A DNA stretch of 64,000 nucleotides from Candidatus Bathyarchaeota archaeon. GTDB taxonomy: Archaea; Thermoproteota; Bathyarchaeia; Bathyarchaeales; Bathycorpusculaceae. The stretch spans positions 16,879-80,878 of the forward strand of contig CAVTZU010000008.1 of NCBI GenBank assembly GCA_963739305.1, read 5' to 3'. The notes under the pieces are model-generated. The model saw nothing but the letters and a program-made list of their open reading frames with translations. It ran no database searches and had not been told where the DNA came from. Below are positions 30,102 through 40,347 of the stretch, in pieces. Position numbers and translations under genes: made by a program. Within the stretch, counting starts at the first letter, position 1; each line of letters opens with the position of its first letter.

Positions 30102-30437
30102 ATGAATGGACCAATTGCTAAAAGGAATTTCTTAATGAAAGCAGGGTTGATATTCCTAATTTTCGGAATACTAGATTTCTTGATGCTTCTTCTGGCGATT
30201 CTTTTTAGTTTTGGGGGGCAGCCCTACCCGTACAGACCTATGCCAGAATGGGCTGCGGTATTAGAAACAGCTCTCCTCGGGATTCTATTTTTTTGGTGGG
30301 TATTCTTGTTTGTAGGTGGAGTTCTGATTGTTGTAGGAACAGTAGTGCGCGATAGAGCGCGGTCGCGCGCGCTAAGTCATTTGTTACAAACAACATTCTT
30401 CTCAACACAAAAAAAGGCTTTTGAAACACTCTTGTGA
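30102..30437 (+). CDS. Small 2-TM hypothetical membrane protein
   Basis: Two hydrophobic helices; 3' end runs through a (GC)n motif. Confidence 0.5.
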   Translation: MNGPIAKRNFLMKAGLIFLIFGILDFLMLLLAILFSFGGQPYPYRPMPEWAAVLETALLGILFFWWVFLFVGGVLIVVGTVVRDRARSRALSHLLQTTFFSTQKKAFETLL

Positions 30438-30679
30438 CAGTTGCGCGTCGTCAAAAAAAGAAATTAATGTGATCCTCTTGGAAGCCTGAGTTTCATCTCA
30501 ATCAAATCTGATTTTTCTCTTTTTCAAATTCTCCTTCTGTCCACCAGTGTGCAAAAATAAGTAGCGCTCGTTCATAAATGATTTATCTATAATCCCTTTA
30601 GGTTGACCCTGTGAATTGGACTTATCCTCGATTACGACTTGCGAAAAACACGCGAATCCCGTAAACAGTAGGCGAGACA

Positions 30680-32503
30680 ATGGAAATGCGGAAGAGAACA
30701 TTGACCATAATTGGCATTCTAGCTATCACCATGATGGTAACAGTATATTTCGCTTCTAATTCCTTATTGTTGAATAGCTTCAAAGAACTGGAAGAAACCA
30801 ATGTATATCAAAACCTTGGCAGATTTCAAAGCGCTCTGTCCAGTGATATCTCTGATTTGTACAGCAAGTCAGGCGATTGGGCAGTATGGGACGACACCTA
30901 CGCATTCATTGTTGCCCCAAACGACAATTACATTAACTCAAATGTTGTGGATTCAGCTTTCACCACTTTGAAGATCAACATTCTGTTGTTCGTAAACCTC
31001 TCGGGTCAGATTGTGTGCGGCAAAGCCTACGACTTGCATAACCTGACGGAAGTCCCAGTTCCAGAGAGTCTGGAAAGAGAACTCGCTTCTCATGATGTTC
31101 TTTGGCGCTTTTCCACAACTGACAGAAGGATTGACGGGATCATTCTTCTGCCAGAAAATCCCTTGTTGATTTGCTCAAGGCCCATTTTGACAAGCCAAGG
31201 TAACGGACCTGTTCATGGAGCACTGATCATGGCACGCTACTTGGACTCTGATGAAATCGAACAACTAGCCCGAACGACGGATTTGTCTCTCACATTACAG
31301 CGTTATAATGATTCGCCAGTGCTTCCAGATTTCCAAAACGCACTCTCAGCATTTGCGAATAACGAAACAGGCTTCTGCCAACCCTTGAACGCAGATTATG
31401 TTGCCGGATATTCTTTAATAAAAGATGTTTATGGAAATCCCATTCTCACTTCAAGGATTGACATGCCTAGAGACATTTACAAACAAGGACTAAGTACGAT
31501 CAACTACTTCCTCCTGTCGCTCATTGGTTTGACCGTTGTTTTCGTAGCAGCCATTATGTTACTCATGGAAAGAACAGTTTTGTCTCGGGTTGTCAGACTT
31601 ACCAAGGCTGTGCGGAACATAGGAAGAAATAGAGATCTCAAAACTCGTGTGCCAACCGATGGAAATGACGAGTTGGCAGGTCTGGCAAAGTCGATAAACA
31701 GAATGTTGACCGACATCGAAGACAAGTCTTCTAGATTGCGAAAAGCAGAGCATCTTGCAGCCATCGGCCAGGTGGCAGCGATGGTTGGACACGACTTGCG
31801 AAATCCCCTGACAGGAATCAGTGGGGCCACGTACTATTTGAAGACAAAGTTGGAAGCAAAAATGGATCCCAAATCAAAGGAAATGGTTGAAACCATTCAG
31901 AGGGCAATCGCTCACTCGGATAGAATCATAACTGACCTCTTGAAGTGCGCAGAGGAGATGAAGCTTGACATATCCGAAACCGAACCAAGACATATCCTGA
32001 GCGAAGTCCTTTCCCGTGTGAAGGTTCCAAGCAATGTTAGAGTACTGGACAAGACACAAGAAACACTAAGAATCAAATGTGATCAAGAAAAAATGAAAAC
32101 CGCTTTCGCCAAAGTAGTAGAAAACGCGTTTGACGCGATGCCGAACGGCGGAACGTTGACGGTGGAGAGCGCAAGAGCGAAGGAAGGTGTTACAGTCAGT
32201 TTCTCTGACACGGGCGTCGGCATATCAAGTGAGGTCATGACAAAACTCTGGTCACCTTTTTTCACAACCAAAGCTAGTGGAATGGGCCTCGGACTGGCAA
32301 TTTGCAAACGCATGGTAGACGCACACGGAGGCACAATCTTCGCGGAAAGCTCCGCAGGAAAAGGCTCCACGTTCACCATTACACTTCCGACAGATCCAAG
32401 AATCAAGCAAGAAGATTCCGAAAACTTCATAGCTATTCCAGAACATCCACTATCAACGCTAGAAAAACAGCAAAACAATGAGAAAGCCGCAAAAGAATCA
32501 TAA
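30680..32503 (+). CDS. CHASE4-HAMP sensor histidine kinase
   Basis: DWAVWDDTYAF (CHASE4), DELAGLAKSINRM (HAMP), HDLRNPL, NAFDAM, DTGVGI, GMGLGL. Confidence 0.92.
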   Translation: MEMRKRTLTIIGILAITMMVTVYFASNSLLLNSFKELEETNVYQNLGRFQSALSSDISDLYSKSGDWAVWDDTYAFIVAPNDNYINSNVVDSAFTTLKINILLFVNLSGQIVCGKAYDLHNLTEVPVPESLERELASHDVLWRFSTTDRRIDGIILLPENPLLICSRPILTSQGNGPVHGALIMARYLDSDEIEQLARTTDLSLTLQRYNDSPVLPDFQNALSAFANNETGFCQPLNADYVAGYSLIKDVYGNPILTSRIDMPRDIYKQGLSTINYFLLSLIGLTVVFVAAIMLLMERTVLSRVVRLTKAVRNIGRNRDLKTRVPTDGNDELAGLAKSINRMLTDIEDKSSRLRKAEHLAAIGQVAAMVGHDLRNPLTGISGATYYLKTKLEAKMDPKSKEMVETIQRAIAHSDRIITDLLKCAEEMKLDISETEPRHILSEVLSRVKVPSNVRVLDKTQETLRIKCDQEKMKTAFAKVVENAFDAMPNGGTLTVESARAKEGVTVSFSDTGVGISSEVMTKLWSPFFTTKASGMGLGLAICKRMVDAHGGTIFAESSAGKGSTFTITLPTDPRIKQEDSENFIAIPEHPLSTLEKQQNNEKAAKES

Positions 32504-32862
32504 CGCGATGATGAGCGCGCATGTTCCTAAACTAGTTGCGAAGCATCGTATGCTTCTCGTTTTGCTTGGTTTGGGTCGTTGACTGCAGCTTGATCAGTGC
32601 GTGCGCGAAAACCGCCTCAGAACAACGACCGACAGCATCGAAGTTCTATTGCAGGGAACTTGAATCTTGCAGTTGAATCTCACTCATGCTTTGAACGGCT
32701 CGTATGTTGTCTAGGACTCACAAATGCACGCAATGATCGAGGTCATTGTGCATGACAAATCGGAAACGATTCTGGAAGACTAATCGTTGAGACAGAAACA
32801 GCGCGCGCGATAGATAGAAGAATGCTCTACTGGGGTTCTTCATTGTTCGATGTGTTTGGTCT

Positions 32863-33066
32863 TCATTGACTTGTGCTTTTGCTCTTTCTCGTGGAGGCTA
32901 AGGCGAAGCCGAAAACTAATCCAAATGATGCTCCAAGTGCAATGCCTAAGGCAAGATTGTCCATTAATATTCCAAATACGACATCTAGTCCGACTCCCAT
33001 TGCAAGTCCAATTCCGGTGCCATAGGTCACATCTTTCTTGGATTCTGACCGATTATCTGTAGTCAA
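32863..33066 (-). CDS. Small glycine-zipper membrane protein
   Basis: GTGIGLAMGVG..NLALGIALGASFG. Confidence 0.55.
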   Translation of the reverse strand: MTTDNRSESKKDVTYGTGIGLAMGVGLDVVFGILMDNLALGIALGASFGLVFGFALASTRKSKSTSQ

Positions 33067-33414
33067 GTTTGTTCCTCAATTTGCTAATGAATCAAAGAGG
33101 ATAGAAAAAGAAGAATAGATTTATGCCTGAAAGTCTAATGCACAAACTGTGCCTGATGCGAGAAATGGTTTCATCACCGCCACAGTAGGAGTGCTTAATG
33201 GTATCATACTATATCGCGCGGCAGATGTCTCCCGACATGAGAACTTGATCGATCTGTGCCATATGTCATGGGATATTAGTTTCGACTCTGAATTACAAAG
33301 CTTATAAATCTACACAATCAATTCGTAAGCATTTAATCTTTCAAACGCAAACTAAGAAGCTAGTATTAGATAGTCAGTGTATGTTTGAGGTTGCGTAAGG
33401 AGTAGATGATCTGA

Positions 33415-36400
33415 ATGGCAGAATCTATCGTTGAGTCTTCTGCAGAAACAGTTTTGAATGTAGCCATGGCAGGAACGATCAAAGTCTTACACGTTGATGA
33501 TGACCAGGTATGCCTGAAGGTTGCGAAACAATGCTTGGAAATGCAGGGTGAAATTTACGTAGACACCGTGTCTTCAGTCAATGAAGCCTCTGAAAAACTG
33601 AAGAAGACGGATTATGATGCTGTTGTTTGTGATTACCAGATGCCTGGTAAAGATGGGCTTGAATTTCTAAAAGAACTGCGAGCAAATGGAAACAATATTC
33701 CATTCATTGTTTTTACTGGAAAAGGCAGAGAGGAAATAGCCGTAAAAGCACTGAACTTGGGTGCTTCGGGATACTTCGACAAACATGGTGAACCAGAAAC
33801 AGTCTATGGCGAATTGGCACATGGCATAAGAACTACCGTGGAACAGAAGAAAGCCGAGGAGAACCTGTTTGCTGAAAGAGATAAGCTTGAAACAGTTACA
33901 AGAAGCATTGGTGCTGGGCTTATCATGATTTCGAAAGATTACCGTACTCTTTGGGCGAATGACGTTCTCAAACGAATATTCGGCGATCTAGAGGGCAAAA
34001 CCTGCTACTCAACCTACAATCATAGAAAGAACATTTGTCCAAAATGTGGAGTTCAAGAGATTTTTGAAACTGGAAAATCCAAAGTTGTTCACGAACAAGT
34101 GAGAAAGGATGCTGACGGAAAAATTATCTGGTCAGAGGTCACGGCTACTCCGATTAAGGACACAGATGGAAATGTCACAGCGGTGCTGGAACTGGTCATA
34201 CCCATCACTCAACGTAAAAGGGCAGAGGAGGAGCTTCACGATTCTGAGGAAAAATATAGAAGTCTGGTTGAGCTGGCTCCCGACGGCATAGTAGCTGTGA
34301 ATACAGAAGGCATAATCACATCGGCCAACCGTAGTTTCCTGACTTTAGTAGGCTATGACTCTGAAGAAATCGTTGGCAAACCATTCACGGAGTTGAAATC
34401 CAGTCGAGTGGAAGACATTCCAAAATTCCAGAGCATGTTCAAGTCTCTGATGAAGGGAGAATCACCTTCACCAGTTGAATTTCTTTATGTTCGGAGAGAT
34501 GGAACGAGTCGATGGGCAGAAGTGCATCCTAGTTTATTGACTAAAGATGGCAATCCTGTGGGAGCTCAAGTAATCATGAGAGATGTCACTGAACGAAAGA
34601 ACGCAGAGGAAAAACTGAGGTCTTTGAATGAATTCAATGAAAATGTAATTGATTCAATCGCTGACTCTCTTCTGGTAATCGATCCTAACGACTATAGAAT
34701 TACAGGCTTCAATGAAGCAGCATTGAAACGATTAATGTTAAGAAAAGAAGACCTAATGGGGAAGACTTGCTATGAAACAACTCATCATCGCTCCACACCT
34801 TGTGAACCTCCTCTTCATATTTGTCCAATTCAGGAAGTGTTAAAGACTGGCAAAACCGTTACAGTTGAACACACGCATTTCGATAAAGGCAACAACGAAA
34901 TATTCGTGGAAGTTTCTGCCCATCCTGTAAGAAACCAAGAAGGAAACACAGTCCAACTGGTTTACATCTCCAGGGACATAACAGAACGCAGTGAGTCTGA
35001 GGAGAAATTTAGGGTTCTTGCAGAACAGTCGCCAAATATGATTTTTATGAACAAGATGGGAAAGGTATTTTATGCAAATAAAAAATGCGAAGAAATTGTT
35101 GGATACCGAACGGAAGAGCTCTGCTCTCCTGATTTTAAGTTCCTCACCTTGATTGCCCCAGAATCTATAGATCAAGTAAAGTCAACTTTCAGAAGACATA
35201 TGGAAGGCGAATACGTCACTCCATACGAATGTACGCTTCTCACAAAAGAAGGAAAGAGAATAACCGCAATAATTGCGACAAATTTGATAACCTACAAGGG
35301 AGAAAAAACTATTCTTGGAATGATAACTGACATCACAGGACGCAAAAAAGCGGAGGAAGAAAAAAGCAGGCTTCTTCATAACCTTCATGAGCGTGTAAAG
35401 GAGCTCAACTGTTTTTATGGTATGTCAAGGCTTTTTGAGAAATCTGACATTTCGTTAGATGATGCATTGCAAAAAACGGCTGACCTGCTTCCCCCTGCTG
35501 TGCAATATCCAGACATTACATGTGCAAGAATAGTTGTTGAGAATCGAGAGTTTTCGACGAAAAACTTCAAGGAGACCAGATGGAAGCTGCAGGCTGACAT
35601 TGAAGTATTTGGAAAAAAGGTTGGCTCTGTGGAAGTCGGTTACCTTGAAGAACGGCCTACAATTGCTGAAGGTCCCTTTCCGAAAGAAGAAAGATTCCTA
35701 ATAGATGCCGTTGCAGAGAGATTGGGAAGAATCACTGAACGCAAGAAAACAGAAAAGATGCTGCAGGAGAGCGAAGAAAGATTTAGAGCAATCTTTGAGG
35801 GAGCAAACGATGGCATTCTTGCTGCCGATGCTAAAACAAGAAGATTCTCTTTTGCTAATCCCGAATTTGTGAAATGACAGGCTATTCATTAGAAGAATTG
35901 CTCAAATTAGGTGTAGGTGACATTAATCCTAAGAAAGATTTGCCTTATGTAATTGACAGTTTTGAAAAGCAAAGGCATGGGAAAGTGGCTCTTTCGAAGG
36001 ACATTCCTGTTCTGAGAAAAGATGGAAGAGTGGTTTATTGCGATGTTAGTTCTAAATCCCTGAAAATTGGAAGCCAAGAATACTTGGTAGGCATATTCAG
36101 AGACGTCACTGAAAGCAAAAAAGCGGAGGAGAAGTTAAGACAAAATAGCGATAGAATTGAAATGATGAATGAAAAGTTACGTGTGGTTGGAGGCTTGTCT
36201 AGGCATGATGTTAATAACAAGCTTTCAGCGGTGACTGGATATGCGTATTTGCTGAAGAAGAAGCATGCTGATCAGGCAGACATCGTAGAGGGATTGGGCA
36301 TGATGGAGCAGGCTGTTAAAGAGGTTAGAAAGATTTTTGATTTCGCCAAAATATACGAGAAGTTGGGCGTTGAAGAGTTAACCTATGTTGATGTGGAGAA

Positions 36401-36830
36401 GACCTTAGATGAGACTGTGGCTCTTTTTTCTGGCTTAACCATTAAGGTGGTTAATGGATGTCATGGATTAACCGTGCTGGCGGATTCGTTTCTTAGGCAA
36501 CTATTCTACAATTTCATTGACAACACTAGAAAATACGGCGGGAAAGCCACAGCGGTAAGGGTGTATTATGAAAAAGCAGAGTCGGGTGAGTTGCGTCTGG
36601 TCTATGAGGATGACGGCGTAGGCATCTCCGCAGAGAACAAATTGAAACTCTTCACTGAGGGCTTTAGCACTGGGGGTAGCACAGGCTTTGGCTTGTTCTT
36701 GATCAGGAAGATGATGGAGGTTTACGGCTGGCAAATCCAAGAAACAGGTGAACCGGGTAAAGGAGCCAAATTCATCATAACGATACCCAAAGCAAACCTA
36801 AATGGAAAAGAAAACTATCAACTCTCTTGA
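33415..36830 (+). CDS. Hybrid REC-multi-PAS sensor histidine kinase, frameshift near 35862
   Basis: VLHVDDD, DYQMPGKDG, FTGKGREE; several PAS/PAC repeats; RHDVNNKL, DDGVGI, GFGLFL; adding one base gives ANPxICEMTGYS. Confidence 0.9.
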
Positions 36831-37159
36831 TCGATCGATCAGTCAGGTTTCTGTAGTGCGGCTGGCTTCGGCGAAAAGATTCTTAACAAAGGGACCCATA
36901 CCTTTTCCATGTTGCGGCTGGCTGTAGTCTTTTCATGCATTGTCCTGTGATTTCTTCTCCATAGTATTCTGTCATTTCTTTGCCATTCTTCTCTATACTA
37001 GTACAGGCACCATCTACTAATACTCCTTGTGCCGAGAATCGAAGATACGGTCGGCTTGTCGTGTTTGTTCTACGGCGCGCGCGGTAACCTCAAAGTAAAC
37101 GAAAGATTCTTCTAGGAGTACATCGGTTCTTCTCAGTAGAGGGTTATTCAGGAGGAGTC

Positions 37160-38253
37160 GTGCATATGAAGCATATTAGCAGAAAGGTTGTGGCTGCTGC
37201 TCTTGTGATGCTTGCGGGACTGTTGATCCTGTTAGGTCTCCCAATATCTAAAGTTCAATCGCAATTACCTGTAGATGTAGCAATAACCAGCATTACGAAT
37301 GTTGATGGCATGGTTGTATACTTCTCTGGAATGAATAAGACAAGTAACACAAACATTACAATTGACGTAAGAGTCGAAAGACTAGACAGCCAACCCATTC
37401 CATTAGTATTGGTCAACCTGACTTTGACAAGGACAGACAGCGTTACCTCTGAAAACACGACGCTGTACAACACAACTATCCTTGTTCCCCCACTTGGAAC
37501 AGTGAAACTGCCTTTGTATTGGAATGAGACGCTAGGCAAACTCTCACCCGGCACTTACGACGTGCACAGTTTTGCCGACGTGATTTCTGACGGCACCATC
37601 TACGATTCGAACATGACGAACAACTTCATAAACGCAGGCAGAGTCAGAGTCTTTGTGGTTAAGGAAGACCTGGACGGAGACGGAATCTTGGAGTGAAAGA
37701 TTCGATGTTGATGGCGAGTGCATTTGGATGGCACGGACCGCCCGGTTCGATTCCACAAGATCTGATGCCCGACGGAGTGGTTGACTCGTTTGACGTACAA
37801 ATGCTGTTGAGGATGTTTGGTTGGACGATTCAGAATCCTATACCACCAAAACCCGTCACGTGGACACTGACCATTACAACGTACCGGGGAAACTACACTG
37901 TCGAAGTCTTCAGTGACTACATTGTGTATTCACAGTATAGTTTCAACAAGACCCTGAAGCAGCTGAGTTTCAACATAACGTCCAGCATCGACGGATTCTG
38001 CAACGTTTCAATCCCGAAAACCTTGATGTCCGGGGCTTTCACTGTGTACTTGGACGATGCGCCCACACCGTCCGTCATAACGTGGAATGCAACACATTAT
38101 TTTGTATATTTCAATATAACAGGGCTTTCTCAAAAGGTCAGAATAGTGTCCGAGTACGCTGAGGAAATATTGGGCGACATAAACCACGATGGAGTCGTCG
38201 ACATTTACGACGCCATCATCTTAGCGGACCACTTTGGTTGGACAGATCCCTGA
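37160..38253 (+). CDS. Secreted protein with Ig/CARDB-like domain and dockerin-like EF-hand repeats, frameshift near 37690
   Basis: Signal peptide; DVAITSI..NN CARDB-like; DLDGDG, DLMPDGVVDSFD, GDINHDGVVDIYDAIILA..FG. Confidence 0.75.
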
Positions 38254-38344
38254 CAAGCCTCGGCAAACCATCAATCTCCCCCTCTTTTTCTGAGCTTCAG
38301 GCCAACAACGTTCTTTATTTTCTAGTCGACACAAGAAACAAGTG

Positions 38345-38366
38345 TGGGGGTAAACTTCACCCCAAA
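38345..38366. repeat. Degenerate copy of the 22-bp site
   Basis: TGGGGGTAAACTTCACCCCAAA; 17/22 to 30020-30041. Confidence 0.6.
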
Positions 38367-38421
38367 CCAACCAACTTATTTCAGAGATAGAGATATCAGA
38401 TAACTGAAGGAGGCAGGATGG

Positions 38422-38865
38422 TTGAGCCAAACGGAAGACGACAAACTTCTAGCACCTTGTGGTCTCTACTGTGGGGCTTGCATAGATTATCTGGTATACA
38501 AGAGCTGTCATGGTTGTGGCTGTGATTGCGGGGAATGTGCTGCTTCGGCGCACCATGGAACCTGTGATATCTACAAATGTTGGGCCGAGCAGAAGGGTCA
38601 TGAAACCTGCAGCGATTGCGATGAATTTCCTTGCTCAAAACTCATCCAGTTCTGCCATAATCCCGTTTGGCTGCACCATTTGCCAGTCATAGAAAATCTC
38701 CGAAGACAGAAAGCCAGAGGAGCCAAGAAATGGTTGGAAGAACAGAAACAAGCTTGGAGTAATGAATGGTATCTTCAACGTTGGCTTTGGCTGCAAAAAG
38801 AATGCGAGAACAGACGAAAACAATCTCTGGAAGAATCGAAAAATATGCTCTCCAGAAAAAAGTAG
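38422..38865 (+). CDS. DUF3795-family cysteine-rich protein
   Basis: APCGLYCGAC..CHGC..CDIYKC..TCSDCDEFPC..IENL. Confidence 0.8.
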   Translation: MSQTEDDKLLAPCGLYCGACIDYLVYKSCHGCGCDCGECAASAHHGTCDIYKCWAEQKGHETCSDCDEFPCSKLIQFCHNPVWLHHLPVIENLRRQKARGAKKWLEEQKQAWSNEWYLQRWLWLQKECENRRKQSLEESKNMLSRKK

Positions 38866-38887
38866 CAGGCGCTAATCTTGTTGTTGT

Positions 38888-38909
38888 TGGAATAAGACTT
38901 TACCCCAAC
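38888..38909. repeat. Degenerate copy of the 22-bp site
   Basis: TGGAATAAGACTTTACCCCAAC; 18/22 to 30020-30041. Confidence 0.7.
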
Positions 38910-38918
38910 AATAAAACT

Positions 38919-39237
38919 CTACTTGGTGGCTAATACCTTCCAGTAGTTTGGCTTGTCTTTCATTCTGGTGACCTTCTTGTTGAGGAAGTTATGCAGCAAT
39001 CTGAAAAGCTCAGATTTTGTAAAGAAATGATGTAATTCTCCGAAGCACTTCTCTTCGAAAGCCTCCGTAATCCAAGAGGTATTGTCTTCCAACATTTTAC
39101 CAGTACCGAATCTTGGGTCTGTCACCGAGGCTAGATTTGCGAGAAACCAACCGTTCTTACTGAGGATTCTGAAAATCTCGTTCACAGTTGCAACAATTTC
39201 CTTCTTGAATGCATGATGTATGACGCTGACGAATATG
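38919..39237 (-). pseudogene. 5'-truncated class I SAM methyltransferase remnant
   Basis: VIHHA..EIFRILSKNG..DPRFGTG..HHFFTKSEL; motif I half is absent. Confidence 0.65.
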
Positions 39238-39463
39238 TGCGCTGCGTGTTGCTGCTTTTTCCTTCAATGAAGAGTCTCGAGGCTTCAAGCAGGCTCATGT
39301 TAGGTCTCCGCGTGCACTAAAAGATGACAATGATTCCTCTTCAAGGAAAAAGAAAAAGGATGGGATTGTTGCGGGAGACTTCGCCACTCTTTCATACCAA
39401 AAGCCTTAAGTGCGGTCTGTTTGTTAAAGTTGAATCGTCGAAAAAATAGGATGTTGAAAAAGC

Positions 39464-39967
39464 TTGGCAGTTGAAGGATTTACCGGAGCTAAACAACCCG
39501 TAGACGTCAAAATCGGCGAACTCAACCCATCTTCCCGAGCCGTGAACGTGCTGGCCAAGGTCTTGTCCAAGAGCGAAGTCAGGAACGTTGCCGCAGGAAG
39601 AGATGGAGAACCGCACAAAGTCAGCGATGCCATGGTCGGAGACGAGACAGGATGCATCTACCTAACACTTTGGGACGACAACATTGAAAAAGTCAACGAC
39701 GGAGACACTGTGAACATCAAAAACGGTTACATAAACCTGTTCAGAGGCAACATGCGACTGAACGTAGGGAGATACGGAACGCTCGAGATAGCGGAAACAC
39801 CACTCGCAGGCGAAGTGAACACGGAGAACAACATGTCAACCAAAGTGTACGAGCAAGAGAGAAGACCATTCAGAGGCGGCGGAAGAGGAGACTTCGGCGG
39901 CGGCAGACGCGATTTCGGCGGAAGAGACAGAGACAGAAGAGGCGGCTTCCGACCGAGACGTTACTAA
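39464..39967 (+). CDS. ssb: Single-stranded DNA-binding protein (single OB fold, G/R-rich tail)
   Basis: VGDETGCIYLTLWDD..GDTVNIKNGY..LNVGRYG; RGG-rich C-terminal tail. Confidence 0.88.
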   Translation: MAVEGFTGAKQPVDVKIGELNPSSRAVNVLAKVLSKSEVRNVAAGRDGEPHKVSDAMVGDETGCIYLTLWDDNIEKVNDGDTVNIKNGYINLFRGNMRLNVGRYGTLEIAETPLAGEVNTENNMSTKVYEQERRPFRGGGRGDFGGGRRDFGGRDRDRRGGFRPRRY

Positions 39968-39981
39968 ACGCAACGTAGCGT

Positions 39982-40279
39982 TTAGAGCAACTTCCACCAT
40001 TTTCTTTCATTCAACTCGACGAGTGAGAACCCTGTCAGTTTGAGACAAGCTCTGCGAAGAAGTGCTTCTTGAAAAAAGACGTGGAACATAACCTCACTTG
40101 ACAGAAGAAACGAGCAGGAGTTCCCGCAAGCACGCGCTTGCACCTGAAGCCTGCTCCTTGGGTTGCAAATGACAACATCCCTGCGAGACGAGTCCACGAG
40201 AAGATCGGGTTCAGAAGGACTGCAAACAGTCTTCTCGGGTTTCATCGGAAGAAACACTAATTTCCTGCGTAACTTCCAT
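39982..40279 (-). CDS. Possible hypothetical protein (frameshift near 40220)
   Basis: TATA-like TTTAAG upstream of ATG 40279; protein-like downstream frame ending ERKWWKLL. Confidence 0.35.
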
Positions 40280-40347
40280 GAGTCGACACCGCAACCCTTA
40301 AACGTTTTTGGCAACTCAAAAACACTTCACCAATAGGAGAACCAGGA

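Larger units (their letters stand above)
17635..37087 (+). repeat. Dispersed intergenic (GC)n-TAA/TAG motif family
   Basis: Alternating GC tracts of >=8 nt at 17635, 18753, 20403, 24222, 24374, 24809, 28712, 30364, 32801, 37075; shorter variants at 23644, 24263, 24531, 27506, 27725, 32515. Confidence 0.8.

Noticed and set aside
17635-39320. Classical integron with attC sites
   Set aside because: No IntI-specific insertion recognised in the integrase, no R''/R' attC hairpins after most genes, and genes lie in both orientations with their own promoters.
39982-40290. Structured ncRNA between ssb and malic enzyme (several local hairpins)
   Set aside because: No RNase P or SRP hallmarks recognised; a frameshifted minus-strand ORF explains the region at least as well.
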